Below, in pieces: positions 1 to 12,402 of a DNA stretch of 64,000 nucleotides (its first letter is position 1; each line of letters begins with the position of its first letter). The DNA comes from Felis catus. Lineage: Eukaryota. Made by a program: the position numbers and the translations under genes. Under the pieces are notes generated by a model. That model was not told where the DNA came from. It did no database searches and saw nothing but the letters and a program-made list of their open reading frames with translations. The stretch lies in contig NC_058374.1 in assembly GCF_018350175.1 (NCBI RefSeq), forward strand, positions 111,042,001 to 111,106,000, read 5' to 3'.

Positions 1-420
1 GGATTTAGATTTTTAGGTACAAGCCCCCAGTATTTAACATTAGCTCAACTGTCTTTTTTTTCTCTTTATTTACTTCACAGGAAAAAAAAAACTTGTCTGG
101 ATGACAGATTTTTCTATGGGTCATCAATTTACAACTTCTTTTGGCCTAGAATTCCTACAATTTGGGGCTTCAATACCAGCCTTTTCTTATCTGCTACAGT
201 TGTAATGTCAGGCTCCACTTAGGATATTCACATGCATACTATGATCCAGGTTAAACAGGTCCAGTTTGAAAACTTCTAAGCAGGTCCTGTTGGAAAACAT
301 CCATCATCAGTTAACAAAACCGACCAAGATATTGGAAGCAGAGTGAATGCAAACATAGGCTTAATTAACTGATTTTCTGACATCTGCAAATGTCATTAAA
401 CCGTTTTTCATTGCTAAAGA

Positions 421-590
421 TATCATTCACTGAACACCTACTATGCCAGATACTACTCTAAGCATGTTGTCTACATTATCATGATATTACTCATCACAAC
501 AATGATTTAAAAAATATTCAATAGAGGCTCAGAAAATTTATGTGATTTGACCAAGATCACATGGCTAATAAATGATTGAATCAAGATTAG
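421..590 (-). mobile_element. MIR fragment
   Basis: cacctactatgccaga...gaggctcagaaaatttatgtgatttgaccaagatcacatggcta resembles the MIR core in antisense. Confidence 0.7.
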
Positions 591-595
591 TGTAT

Positions 596-798
596 GGGGC
601 GCCTGGGTGGCTCAGTCAGTTAAGCATCCGGCTCTTGATTTCAGCTCAGGTCATGATTTCACAGTTCATGAGATGGAGCCCCATGTCAGGCTCTGCACTG
701 TTAGCGCAGATTCTCTCCCTCTCTCTGTCTCTGCCTCTGCCCCACTCATGCTGTTGCCGTATTCTCTCTCAAAATCAATAAATAAACTTAAAAAAAAA
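596..798 (+). mobile_element. Can-SINE (older felid/carnivore subfamily)
   Basis: ggggcgcctgggtggctcagtcagttaagc tRNA-like head, CT-rich tract, aataaataaa/A tail. Confidence 0.95.
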
Positions 799-854
799 CA
801 CTAAACCTTTCAAATTCTTGTCTACACAACAGGATAACTGTGTGATACTGGTAA

Positions 855-1305
855 TTGTCTTTGGTTGGGCTCCTTAGAAACAGAACATGAGATGAGGACT
901 CTTATACAAGCGATTTTTTGATGAACCGCTTTTATAGGAAACCTGTAACAATTTGAGAAGAGCAAGATAAGATAGGGACAAAGCTAGGCAGTAATGGCGC
1001 TTTAGATGTCTAACCTCTTAACCTTGTAGGAAGTTCTGGAGCTTAGATTGCATCATACAGACTATCTTGCCTAGAGGGCTGTTACATCCCTGACTCATCA
1101 ATCTGTGGTTATGGTCTTCCAAGCTTCTCCTGGTGAGGAGGCTCTCATCAATTGAGGGCACGCCTCAGAGATATATACAGGTAGGAGCCCTTAGCAGCTA
1201 ATGCTTATACAGCCAGGCAAATGGGACCTACAAGGAGGTTGGGGGTAAGTGGGAAGTAGGAAGTGGAGAGATGGGGGTTGCCACTGACACTATCTACTAT
1301 AGCTA
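855..1305 (-). mobile_element. Ancient ERVL/MaLR-type LTR remnant
   Basis: gtctttggttgggctccttagaaacagaacatgagatgagg resembles the reverse-complement terminus of old MLT1-class LTRs; subfamily not assignable. Confidence 0.5.
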
Positions 1306-1335
1306 TCATGTGACAGGTTTGAATAAATTATTCTC

Positions 1336-1544
1336 TTTTTTTTCAACGTTTATTTATTTTTGAGACAGAGAGAGACAGAGCTTGAACGGGGGAGGGGCAG
1401 AGAGAGAGGGAGACAGAATCGGAAACAGGCTCCAGGCTCCGAGCCATCAGCCCAGAGCCTGACGCGGGGCTCGAACTCCCGGACCACGAGATCGTGACCT
1501 GGCTGAAGTCGGACGCTTAACCCACTGCGCCACCCAGGCGCCCC
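1336..1544 (-). mobile_element. Young Can-SINE (SINEC_Fc-like)
   Basis: Near-consensus with CpGs retained; TSD aattattct at 1326-1334 and 1545-1553. Confidence 0.97.
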
Positions 1545-1935
1545 AATTATTCTGTTTTTATAGTATTTTTATTTTTGTCGTTTTAAACTGAAGGGACTAC
1601 TGTTATTTGTTTTATCTCCAAGGTTGTATTTTCTTCTTTAATGGATAATTTTCAAAGTTTGTTAAATTCATGCTATCTTTTATCATCCTCGGTGTCTAAC
1701 CCTCCCCTTTCTTTATTCACTTTAGCCCCAGGGAAATACTATACATTACAGCATGGCAAAGGGCAAAATTATTTCACAGACTGTGATTCCTTCCTTTCAA
1801 ACAATGTTTATTATTAGACAGTATAGTACAACAAAAACAATTTAGTCAGTCGCTTGAAGATTGTTGTATTTGGCTGTCATATTACACAAGTGAAAAATTC
1901 ATTAATGTCAAATATAGAGAAAATTCTTCTTATTC

Positions 1936-2065
1936 TTTTTTGGTTAAGTAGGTTTCACACTCAGCATGGAGCCCAAAGCAGGGCTTGAACTCACAACTTT
2001 GAGATCAAGACCTGAGCTGAGATCCAGGGTCAGACACTCAATCAACTGAGCCACCTAGGCACCCC
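1936..2065 (-). mobile_element. Old short Can-SINE (carnivore-wide type)
   Basis: gagatcaagacctgagctgagatc...caactgagccacctaggcacccc, antisense SINE head. Confidence 0.9.
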
Positions 2066-3919
2066 TCTTCATTTCTCTTAATAAGAATATATACCTGCAG
2101 AAGAAAACATTTAAAAAAAATGATTGCACAAAAATATTTATGTGCATTTTGTATCATGGACAAAAAATGATAATAATAATAATAGAGAAACCTTATTATG
2201 AGTATGGTAGTTTGTTATATGTTCCATGTGCATTGTCTTAAATGGATATTATATTGCAATGATGCATGCCCATATTACTTCTAAGATCATGAGTTTTTAA
2301 AATTCAGAATTCACTTCTTATGCATAGTTTTTCCACAATAAAAAGCAAAGAAACAGATAGTCAAGAAAGACTTATATTTTGACAAGATAAAAAAAAATGA
2401 GCCAAATGGATTTGCTCCATAACAATTTATTTCTGCAGATTGCCACCAACTGCCCTGCTTACAATATACTTTTGAAATGGAGACCAGTGTGACTCCTGGA
2501 GATTCAGAAGCCATTGTTGAGATCTAATAGACTATATCTGGGGGCACAGGTGAAACAGATGCTTTCATAAAAAGCACGAGAAGAGACTCTCAGTGGGAAA
2601 GTCGCTTCTTTCACAAAGCACCAAGGATGAGGGAAATTTTTCTGATGTTATTCTCTTGTTGGATACAGAATTCTATCTTGGGGACTTTGCTTGCATAAGT
2701 GAACTACAGATTTTTTTGTTCTCATTAAATATACTCAGGTTCTCAGGGATACTGTCTTCATTACAATGTTTTCAAGTGCAACCTTACAAATAAAGGCTAA
2801 AATCCAAAAGATTCTTATATCCAGCTTCTCAAAGACTAAGAATGTATAAATTTGCTATCAGGAGAATTTAGTTTAAGATTTCTTACTAAGTGGGGCACTG
2901 TAAGTCAAAGTCAGTCTCATAAACTGTCAGTACTATATTTTGAAAGATTGGCTGCAGAGCTTAGGAATGGAGATAAAGATCCGTATCAGGACTCAAATGC
3001 ACCCCAACTAATTCCTACTCTAATACAATCAGCAGATACTAAAATATCCAAAAAGATATGCCCATTATTTCTGCAAGGTAAATATTTCCTGTCTTCTATT
3101 AAGGACTCTGTGTGTGCGTGTTTTAAGTGTTCATCTTTTCCACTATGTTGAAATTCTGATACACTGGCACACATTCTCCTCTCCCCAACACTGGCCCTCA
3201 CAGAATCAATATCATCTGCTTATCCACTATCAGCACAGAAAATTCTGTGGTGCTCTACTCTTAACAGTGTAAAAACAATAAGTCTGCTTTTTCTTTTTTA
3301 AATTTGAAAAATAGCTTATTTGCAAACTAATAAGCTATCCCTTCAGAGACGCTGAAATATGCACACTCCTGTTGAAAAACACTGCTTTCAATTTTCAAAA
3401 GAAAACATTATTAAATAGCCACATCTACCTATTTATTGAAAGTACCTGAATATGACCATTACTTCCTTGTCAAAAAAATCAGAAAATTTGAGACACAAAT
3501 ATAAGGCACGAGTTAAGTTTTTAGAAATAGGTAGACCCTTAGCTGGAATTAATTGATGGGCTTTCTGAGAGTAGCAAAGATTGTAAATACAATTCCTGGT
3601 TTGTCTGCCATGGTCTTTCAAAAGACTATGTACCCTATAGTAAGAAGCTATGGTTTGGAAAGAAACCAACTTCTTTCTATATCTTGGTAACCTAATTAAC
3701 CGTGTGTGTGTTTGGAACAAATACTCTATGTAATTTGTTTTTTTGAACTAATGATAATATAGAGAGTGTCTAGTACAATACGCAGCATGTGTAGAAGGAA
3801 TTTAGTAGTTGATAACAATTGTAATTGTGATTATTATAATTCTGAAAGCAAAACTGTCAGGCAATAGATTTCTATAAATGTTCCCAGCATTTCTTGACCT
3901 GAGTTTCCTTTAGGCATAC

Positions 3920-4195
3920 TGTATCTTCTGCCCACCACTCCTGTCCCCAGTATGATAATTTCCCACGTTTGTGGTCCTAGTTTAGATATCAGTGTTCCAG
4001 GAAGCCAGCCCTGTATTGAAGACTGAGTGAGATCTCCCCTCTGTGACTCCTAGACTTTGTGTTATTATAACTGTTATTACTTGTATTGATCATGTCTAGG
4101 GGCCCTTGAATGCATCTTGCTTGATCTTGTATCTCCATGACATAATATAGTGCTTAAAACATTATGAGTGCTGAATATGTATTTTTGAATGGATG
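3920..4195 (+). mobile_element. L2 3' end remnant
   Basis: cttgtatctccatgacataatatagtgctt...gagtgctgaatatgtatttttgaatggatg resembles the L2 terminus. Confidence 0.6.
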
Positions 4196-4485
4196 CTGTT
4201 AAATTATTAGTGTATAAACTACTATCAGGCTGAATGTATACCAACTGAGAAAATTCTTCAGATCATCCTTGAACTCTTTCTAGTGAGATTCTCTTCCATT
4301 CCTGTGTAGCTTTTCAAATTTGTGAACCTAACTATTCCTCTTGCTTAGCGTTTTCCTGGTTTGGCATATACCAATTAACTCAGACTCTTTGACCCTATCT
4401 GTCCTCACACAACTTCATGTATTGGATCATGGACCAAATTCAATGCCTTCTCATGACACCTCTGGAAATGATGCCACATATACCC
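4113..4485 (+). repeat. Local duplication, copy 1
   Basis: Aligns collinearly to 6070-6445; hand count 83/100 and 106/120 identities in two blocks. Confidence 0.95.
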
Positions 4486-4892
4486 TAACTCACACCTTGC
4501 TTAATCTTACTTGGGACCAGTCGAGAGAGCTCTTGTCTATATTATCTGTTCCTCTAATACTCTTTCCAATGATGCCCTTTTCTATGGTTTCTAAACTTCT
4601 ACCCTGAAATGACTATTTCTATCACATGGCTTAAATGCTACTTTCCTTTGGTTTAATCACATTGTTCTTAGTCATGGCTGTCTTGATCATGATTTCTGCC
4701 TTGCCTTTTCCTAACTCATTCCTGTATTTGTTACATGAACTCCTTCACAGATTTCCAGTGAACTCACTTTTGCTATTGACTCACCACTCTTAATGAAGTG
4801 TCTTTAATGAAAATGTGACTTTTTCTTTGGGATTTGTGCCATTGAGCCTTCTTCAAGGATTATCCTTCCCAGATCAATAGTTTAAAAGATCA

Positions 4893-5048
4893 GGGGTGCC
4901 AGGGTGGCTTGGTCAGTTAAGCATCTGACTCTTGATTTCACGGTTGTGAGATTGAGCCCAGCATCGGTCTCCATGCTAAGCATGAAACCTGCTTGAAATT
5001 ACCTCTCCTTCTCTCTCTGCGCCTCCCTTGCTCACGTGCATGTGTTTG

Positions 5049-5083
<35 letters not shown>

Positions 5084-5103
5084 AAAAAAAAAATAAATAA
5101 AAA
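4893..5103 (+). mobile_element. Can-SINE (older subfamily)
   Basis: ggggtgccagggtggctt head, (CT)n, A tail; TSD taaaagat at 4883-4890 and 5104-5111. Confidence 0.93.
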
Positions 5104-5136
5104 TAAAAGATTAGTATCAAACAGCAGATTAATGGT

Positions 5137-5690
5137 GTGGTAAACTATCTACAAAAATGGCCACAGTATTTTCTCCCATCCCTGTGGGCTTTTGTAATGT
5201 GACTGTTACTCCTCACATCAAGAGACAGGGTTTATCATCCCAGCCCTTAAATTTCAGTTGGTCTGAAACTTGCTTTGACCAACAGAATGCAACAAAAATG
5301 GTGATAGAGGACTTTTCAGTTTAGGCTCCAAAGAACCTTATAGCTCCTGTTCTAATTCTTTTTCACCACCATGCTGAGACCACCATGTGAACAAGCCTGC
5401 TCTAGCCAACTAGAAGATGAGAGACCTTATGGAGCAAGAATACCCTCTGAAGTCCCCTAGACCCACTAGCTAATACCAGTAGTAACCACCAAAAACACAA
5501 TCATCTTATACCAGCCAATTCCAGTTGAATCTCCAGATGATTGCAGTTGCATGCATAACTCCAGGTTAGAACAGCAGAAGAACTGTACTAGTGAACGCAG
5601 ACAAAGTTACTAACCCATGGAATGATGATAGAATAAATTAAACCAGTAAATTTGGGGGCAGTTTGCTATGTATCAATAAATAATAGATAG
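5137..5690 (+). mobile_element. MaLR LTR (MLT1F/G/H-like solo LTR)
   Basis: caaaaatggccacagtattttctcccatccc start; acttgctttgaccaacagaatg core; tttgggggcagtttgctatgtatcaata end. Confidence 0.85.
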
Positions 5691-5869
5691 CAATAGTTAG
5701 TAGATAATACACATGCTTTTCCAAAGACATACAACTTACTTTCTGTTTGTTTTAAGTGAAATCTGGAAATGTATTATTCTTTTTAAACATATAGTGTTAT
5801 TTAACTGCTGTTTCCCATTTATCTAGCATTTATGGAACATCTTAAAATTCAGGATTTATTTTTTAATGT

Positions 5870-6030
5870 ATTCCTCTAATCCTAACATCCACTCCGTACA
5901 AAGGAAGCAGAGCAAGTGTTATAATCATCCTCATTATCTGGATGAGGAAATTGAGCTCAGGGCACCTAATCCACCCAAGCTCAAGACTGGGATCAAAACC
6001 CAGCATGATGCAGTGCAATGCTGTCTCCTG
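5870..6030 (-). mobile_element. MIR fragment
   Basis: atcctcattatctggatgaggaaattgagctcag MIR core. Confidence 0.65.
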
Positions 6031-6069
6031 CCCTCCTCTGCCTCAGTACAATAGTATTGCATATTTAAT

Positions 6070-6445
6070 ACATTTTGCTTGACCTTGTATCCTCATGGTG
6101 TAGTATGGTGCTTGAAACATTGTGAGTGCTGAATGTGTGTTTTTGAATGGATGCTGCTTAATTATTAGTATGTAAACTATGAACAGGCTGAAAAAATACC
6201 AATTGAGAGAATTAGTCAGATCACCCTTGGAACTGTTTCTATGAGATTCTCTTCCATTTCCGTGCAGCTGAATTTTCAAATCTGTGAACCTAACTTTTCC
6301 TCTTGGTTAGTGTCTTCCTAGTTTGGCACATACCAATTAACTCAGACTACTCAACCCTATCTGTCCTCACACAACTTCACATATTAGATCATGGACCAAA
6401 ATCAGTCTTCACCTGACACCCCTAGAAATGATACTACATATAACC
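6070..6445 (+). repeat. Local duplication, copy 2
   Basis: Direct-orientation homolog of 4113-4485, offset about 1958 bp. Confidence 0.95.
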
Positions 6446-6797
6446 TCATTGTTGCATTCTAACACTGGCAGGATTGGATTAAATCTAGGTTTGCATTTAC
6501 CAAGTCCTTGACTCTGAACTTTTTAAAAAAAACCAGTCTAATCTTCACTTTTCACCATTGCCATTAAAAAAAAAATTCACAGCCTGGTTCATTTTAAGTA
6601 ACTTTAGCTCTGAAGTTTCTGATTCATTTTCAATCAAGTTTTTATTTGGCAATAATTCTTTGATGTTCCATAATCCCTTTGAACCATTTTATAAGCCATT
6701 TATACCTTTTATCTTTGAGTTATCCAGTCACATCTTGCCAAGGTAACTCAAAATTATATTTCACACTTTCTGTATTAGGTTGAAATGCAATGTATTT

Positions 6798-6971
6798 TTT
6801 TTAAGTTTCATTTATTTATTTTTGAGTGGGGGCAGGGTTGGAGAGAGAATCCCAAGTAGGTTCCTTACTGTCAGTGCAGAGCCGGATGCAGGGTTTGAAC
6901 CTGTGAACTGTGAGATCATGACCTAAGCTGAAGGTGGATGCTTCACTGACTGAGCTACCCAGGTGCCCCCC
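6798..6971 (-). mobile_element. Can-SINE (older subfamily)
   Basis: Antisense SINE; TSD aaatgca(a/g)tgtattt at 6783-6797 and 6975-6989. Confidence 0.93.
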
Positions 6972-7390
6972 CAAAAATGCAGTGTATTTCTAACCTGGGC
7001 ATATTGTTGCTTACTTCAGTGAAGGTATTGCTTTGTTGTATTTTTTATGAACTGGTTCTTCCCCCAAAAGAGGAAATTTACCTCATGCAAATTTTCTTGC
7101 TAAATCAGGTTACTATAGCTCAAAATGGATGTGGGGGGCTTGTTTTGGATTCTGATAAAGTGTCACATAAACTATGAGGACAGAAATTATCATAAATACC
7201 AATTTTGGGAAAGACATATTTAAAAAAAAATCTTAGTAAAACTCATTGGGCTACCAATACAAAATTAAAAAAAACAACTTAGATTACTTATTTTAAAATC
7301 ATAGCCACAGCTTAATATATCGGTGATATATACTTAATGTTCCATTGAAACGCAAAAGAATTTCTTTCAACTATCCGAAATTAGCACAAC

Positions 7391-7530
7391 TAATATTGAC
7401 TTATCATCTACTATGTGCCTAGAATGGTTCTCATTACATGCAATTTAATTCACTAAGTAGGTGGGTATTTTTTATCCCTAGTTACAGACAAGGAAATTTG
7501 GACTTACAAATGCCAATGACTGGACCTACA
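7391..7530 (-). mobile_element. MIR fragment
   Basis: catctactatgtgcctag...tttatccctagttacagacaaggaaa. Confidence 0.6.
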
Positions 7531-8139
7531 TTCTACCTAATATCCTATGATGGGTATGAAAATGCCTTGTGTAAACTTACAGAGATCAATAAATTTATGG
7601 ATCTTATTTTCCTTATATGTAGAAGAATGTATCAAGTTATGTACAGTATATAAAATTATTTGAGAGCAAATCCTAACTTATAATATGCTATCCATAGAGC
7701 AGTCATCATTAGATTTTTCCAAAGAAATCATTAGTCAATATTCTGCTTGTTGTGCTTTAAAATAAAACTATGCTATCATTTGGGTATATAAAACACATGA
7801 AGAAGTGACAAAAATTAATACATATTAGTGAAGCACGCAATAAAATTTCACACTGGAGAACCAGAGAAACTACCCATCTTTCTTCAGGGCAACTTCCCCC
7901 AGTAGCCCCCTTCCATACAGAGTAACTGATTCCTGTGTGAGGAGTCTTTTCTTAATGTTTATTAGGAAGTGAGGAGGCAGTTCAATACTTTGATTACAAA
8001 AACTTCACTACCTAGTTGAAATCCACAACATGAGGAGAAATCATATCTTTCACTTAGAATATTCTAAAATGTTGATCAGAATTAGATGATCATTGTAATT
8101 TTTAATATGAAGTGTTAACTCACTTACATTCTATATAAA

Positions 8140-8290
8140 CACAAACTTGTGAAATAGTTATTGCATGTCTATATCCCTATTTCCCAGGAAATTGAGGCAA
8201 AAAGACAATAAGTGTTTTAGTCTCACAGCTAACAAGGGATAGAATCAAACCTAGATAATCTGGTAGCAGAAACCTCATTCCTAACTTCTC
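8140..8290 (-). mobile_element. MIR fragment
   Basis: ggaaattgaggcaaaaagac...tctcacagctaacaagggatagaatcaaacctag. Confidence 0.6.
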
Positions 8291-9039
8291 TATTTCTAAA
8301 CCCAAGGCTCTTAAAAGGACAGAGATGATATTACCTAAGGGATTTTGCAAATCTTAATGTATGATACCAATCAAAGCTATTGCTTTGGCTAATGAATGTG
8401 AAAGTCAAAGACTTTTAAGGATATAGGCACCAATTTGCAAGAGTACAAACTGCTTGCCTTGGAAAGGCTTGTTCATTGAATTACAAAAATAAACAAAACA
8501 AAACCAAACCACTAAAAAACAAGGAAAACATAAGAAACAAAGGAGCACGGACTTCTAAAATATTTTAGGCATAATTATCTTTGCTTCCTTTTCTTCTTCT
8601 CCCCAAGTATTTATTAGATGATTAGTGGAAGTGAATTTATGAGATTAATTGTAGGGCTAATTTAGATGGTGTTACTTTGAAGACCAAACTTAAGCATATA
8701 CCTGGGAGTAATTTCTTTCTCATCTTCACTTATTATAATAGTTGGGTGGGGTTTTTTTTTGTCTCTCTGTGTCTTGTTTTGTATGACTTGCTTTTCAGAA
8801 AATTAGACTACCCCCACCTATGAAAGAACTTTTCCATGGCAACTTCAGTGAGTCTCGATCAAATAGCAGTTGGATTTTATAAGTCAGTATATAAAATAGA
8901 ATGCAAATACAAATAACGTCACTTCTAAAACTTTATGGGCTAATAAAAGCATGTAATTCCAGGGGGATAAGATATTTGAGTAGTCAGAGTAACTCTGGTT
9001 GCGCAAAGTCATACAGAACAAAATGATTTACCTTTTGAA

Positions 9040-9395
9040 ATGAACAGAGCTGGCATCCTCGATAACACCACCAAGCACCAGTCTGACCTCAGGCAAATTA
9101 TTCAACAGTTGACCTCATTTTCTTCAACAGGAAACTGAAGTTTGCTGATATAATGACCTAAAATTGTTGTAAACATTTTTGCCCTTAATTCTCCTTTCAT
9201 CTTCTTTCTTATTTATTTTGAATTATTTTATCTTGCTATTATTTATAAGTCCAGGTGTTCCTAAATTTAACATCAGAAAACTTGGAATCAGAAGACTCAG
9301 ATTTTCATTCTGGCTCCACTTACTAATGGAGAAATTACTTAAGATAACATCAACTTCACATAGTTGTTGAAAGAATAAAATAAAGTAGCATAACA
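9040..9395 (+). mobile_element. Two MIR fragments (about 9040-9170 and 9270-9395)
   Basis: tgacctcaggcaaattatt...cctcattttcttc; ggaatcagaagactcagattttcattctggctccacttacta. Confidence 0.55.
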
Positions 9396-10084
9396 AAATT
9401 TACTTTTCAGATGGTAGAGTGATCTATAAATTACATTGGAAAGCAGCCAATATTAATCTAGGAACATGATCTTGATAGTAAACGAGAAAACCAACAAACC
9501 ACCATAACAACAAAAAGTAAGTCTTCCCAAACAACAGTTTGTTTTAAATCTATACTTTCTGTCTTTGTTAAGACTCTTTAGAACTGATTTAAAAACTATT
9601 TGGCATCTTTGTTTAAATTCTGGTCAAACGACCACTAACATGACTTTGGATGATTAAGAAATTCCTGGTGCCCCCAGGATCAACTTGTGTGAAGCTATCA
9701 GAAGACCGGGCCAATTTCCCCATATTAAACTTAAAATTAAAATTATTAAAATTAAAATTAAAATATTCCAATCATGCAAAAAGATTTGTTGAATTGGGAC
9801 ATGAATCTAGAATATGCCAAAAGTCAAGTTAATTTTTAAGTAAATACTGCAAAATAAAGTCCATTTTAGTCTCTGTTTATAGGGGGAAATAAAAGAGGAA
9901 GTCAGATAAATGTAGGAGCTATTTTCATCTCTCAGTGTGCAACTAAGGAGTTTGTGGAGGAATAATCGGTGCTATGAGATCTTCCCGAAGGAATTTCTGA
10001 ATATAAATATTCCAACTTCTGTATTTAAGGATGTCAGCTCTACAGGTGATTTTCTCAAGTTTTTCCCCAGTTTAACACATTCCT

Positions 10085-10810
10085 TAACACATTTCAAATA
10101 GTTTCTCTTCCCGACATCCCATTGAGATCATTCTCATTGAGATAACTTGTGATCTTGTTGCAAATCCAACATACATTTTTTTTAGTCTTATCCCATTTGA
10201 CCTCTCAATATTTGACCCCTCAATATTTGACCCTTCCTCATTGAAAAACTCTCTTTCCTTAACTTCTGTGACCTCACACTCTCTACATTTTCTTTTTATC
10301 TCTAGCAGCTGTTTCTCAATATTCTTTGTAAACTCTGTTTTTTCCCATCCCTTAAAATTTGGTGGCCCTTAGGTTCTCCCCTGTTTCCCTTTTCTTCTGT
10401 CTCCCTAAGCAATCCCATTTACTCATCTGGCTTCAGATATCATTTGAGATGATGACTATCAAACCCCCAGCTTCAGCCAAGATCTCATTCCTGGGTTGCA
10501 AACTTGTGTAACTCCCTACTGGACATCTCCACTTACATTTCCTCTGGAGACTTCAAAACCAACAAGTCTGAAGTAGATTTTGTCAGCTCCTTCTGTACCC
10601 TGATGCTGCTTCTGTTCTTGAGATGCTTTCAGAGTCTGTGCACTACCTACCACCCATCAAATCTTTTCTCTTGACATTCTGCACTTTCACATATTAGCAA
10701 GTCCTGTCAAATCTATCATCCAGCAAGGGTTACAATCCATCCATTCTCTGTCTCATTTCTTTCAATTATATAAGTGCTTGCCTACAATCAGTTCTACTCA
10801 TAACAACCAA
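10085..10810 (+). mobile_element. L2 ORF2 (RT region) remnant
   Basis: Pyrimidine-rich L2 signatures: cttatcccatttgacctctca, gatgactatcaaacc, ctactggacatctccactt. Confidence 0.85.
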
Positions 10811-11025
10811 GTCTGATTAGGCCCTTTCCTTCCTCTGTCATTGCTAAAGATGTACATCCCACGGTGACTATTGATGACTGTGTGCCATAATGGCTCTTGA
10901 AGAGTTAGGATTATTTTTCAGAAAACTTATTTTTCAATGTAACAGCTTTATTTTTTACCTCCAAACACACTAAATGAATACACTATATGGGGTAGTATTT
11001 AGACATTACAATTTTAGGCAAAGAC

Positions 11026-11059
11026 ACATTTACATTTACATTTACATTTACACATTTAC
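11026..11059 (+). repeat. (ACATTT)n hexamer microsatellite
   Basis: Four perfect units plus one after a 2-nt slip. Confidence 0.9.
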
Positions 11060-11364
11060 TTGACACAGGATGACAAATCTGATGTGAATGCAAGTTTTGG
11101 ATAAATCTAAAATATGTTTTTTTGTTTACATAAGCCAAATGAAAGTGATGAAGAGGTATGGAGTATGTATCATTTTCATGTTAGCCTTTACTTTAGCTTT
11201 TAGCTGATACATGTGTGCATGTGTATGTGTGTGTGAAAACTTCATTATTAGTGTAGCTTGATTACAAGATAATCTTATGCCCCTTCACATTCTCTTCCAC
11301 CACTCACAAGCAAGTCCTTTCTTTAGCAAGTACAATCAATCTTCAGAGTATTGTATTATATATT

Positions 11365-12225
11365 GTATGTGCAGATTATATTTATTATCATATTATAATA
11401 TTATGATTTATAAGAAATATATATTTAGTCATACAGATGATCAAAATATATCCCTTATATATATTTGATCTTTGCCCACAGTTCCTAACTTATGGCTCTT
11501 AAAACCCTTAGAATTTCCAGTGATGGGGGCAGGTGTGTCTTTTATTATGTTAATGAGATGGTTCTTGGAAAACCCTTAGGTAACCTGAGGATGGGGCTGG
11601 TTGCCAGGAGAACCAACTTTGTGATTACAGTTGGAACTTTTAGTCCTCCACCACTCCTACACCCCCAACTTCCAGGGAGGGGAGAGAGGTTGGAAATTGA
11701 GTTTAATTACCAATGGCTAAGGATTTTACTGATTGTGTATATGTTATGAAGCCTCCATAAAAACCCAAAAGGACAGGGTTCAGAGAGCATCTAAGTTGGT
11801 GAACCCAGGGAAGTTCTGTACCCTTCCCACATACTTTGCCCTATTCATGTCTTTCATCTGGCTGTTCCTGAATTATATTCTTTTATAATAAACTGCTGTT
11901 CTAGTAAATAAAATGTTTCTCTGAGTTATGTGAGCCCCTCTACGAAAATCAAAAACAAAGGGCGGGGGGGGGGGGGGTCATGGGGACCTCTGACGTATAG
12001 TCAGTTGGTAAGAAACACAGGTGATAACCTGGACTTGCAATTGGCATCTGACATGGGGACAGGACAGTCTTATAGAGACAGACCCTTAACCTGTGGGATC
12101 TGATGGTATCTCTGAATAGACACTGTTAGAATTGAGTTAAATTGTAGGACACTTAGCTGGTGTCAGAGCACTGTTTGTTAGTGTAAGGAACACACATTGG
12201 AAATTGGAATCAGAATTATCCATTT
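11365..12225 (+). mobile_element. MER21-family (ERVL) solo LTR
   Basis: tgatttataagaaatatatattt, aaaacccttagaatttcc, tatgaagcctccataaaaaccc, aataaaatgtttctctgagtt and cttaacctgtgggatctgatg match MER21B/C as I remember them. Confidence 0.88.
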
Positions 12226-12402
12226 ATATGCTTACAGAAAATCTTCAGTGTTCAAGTGATATATATTTATCTCATATAAAAATCATTTATGTATTTTGAT
12301 TTGGGATGGAACACATAACAACATGTCCAGATTAAAAGTAATAGAATTCCTCTTTTCAGTTAATGGGTTTTCATTTAGCAACAAGGTTTTTTTTTTTTTA
12401 AG

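Noticed and set aside
180-290. Minus-strand exon-like segment TCLEVFKLDLFNLDHSMHVNILSGA*
   Set aside because: No recognisable homolog, no partner exons, modest acceptor
572-804. Short ORFs overlapping Can-SINEs (also 12296-12633, 21584-22059, 38057-38263, 40248-40627, 41780-41980, 60754-61156, 63758-63979)
   Set aside because: They are translations of SINE consensus sequence, not genes
1336-1544. tRNA-like heads of Can-SINEs as tRNA genes
   Set aside because: A/B boxes run into the SINE body, CT tract, A tail and TSD; no full cloverleaf
2439-2549. + strand AG...GT bounded 111-nt segment as a coding exon
   Set aside because: Stop codons in all three frames
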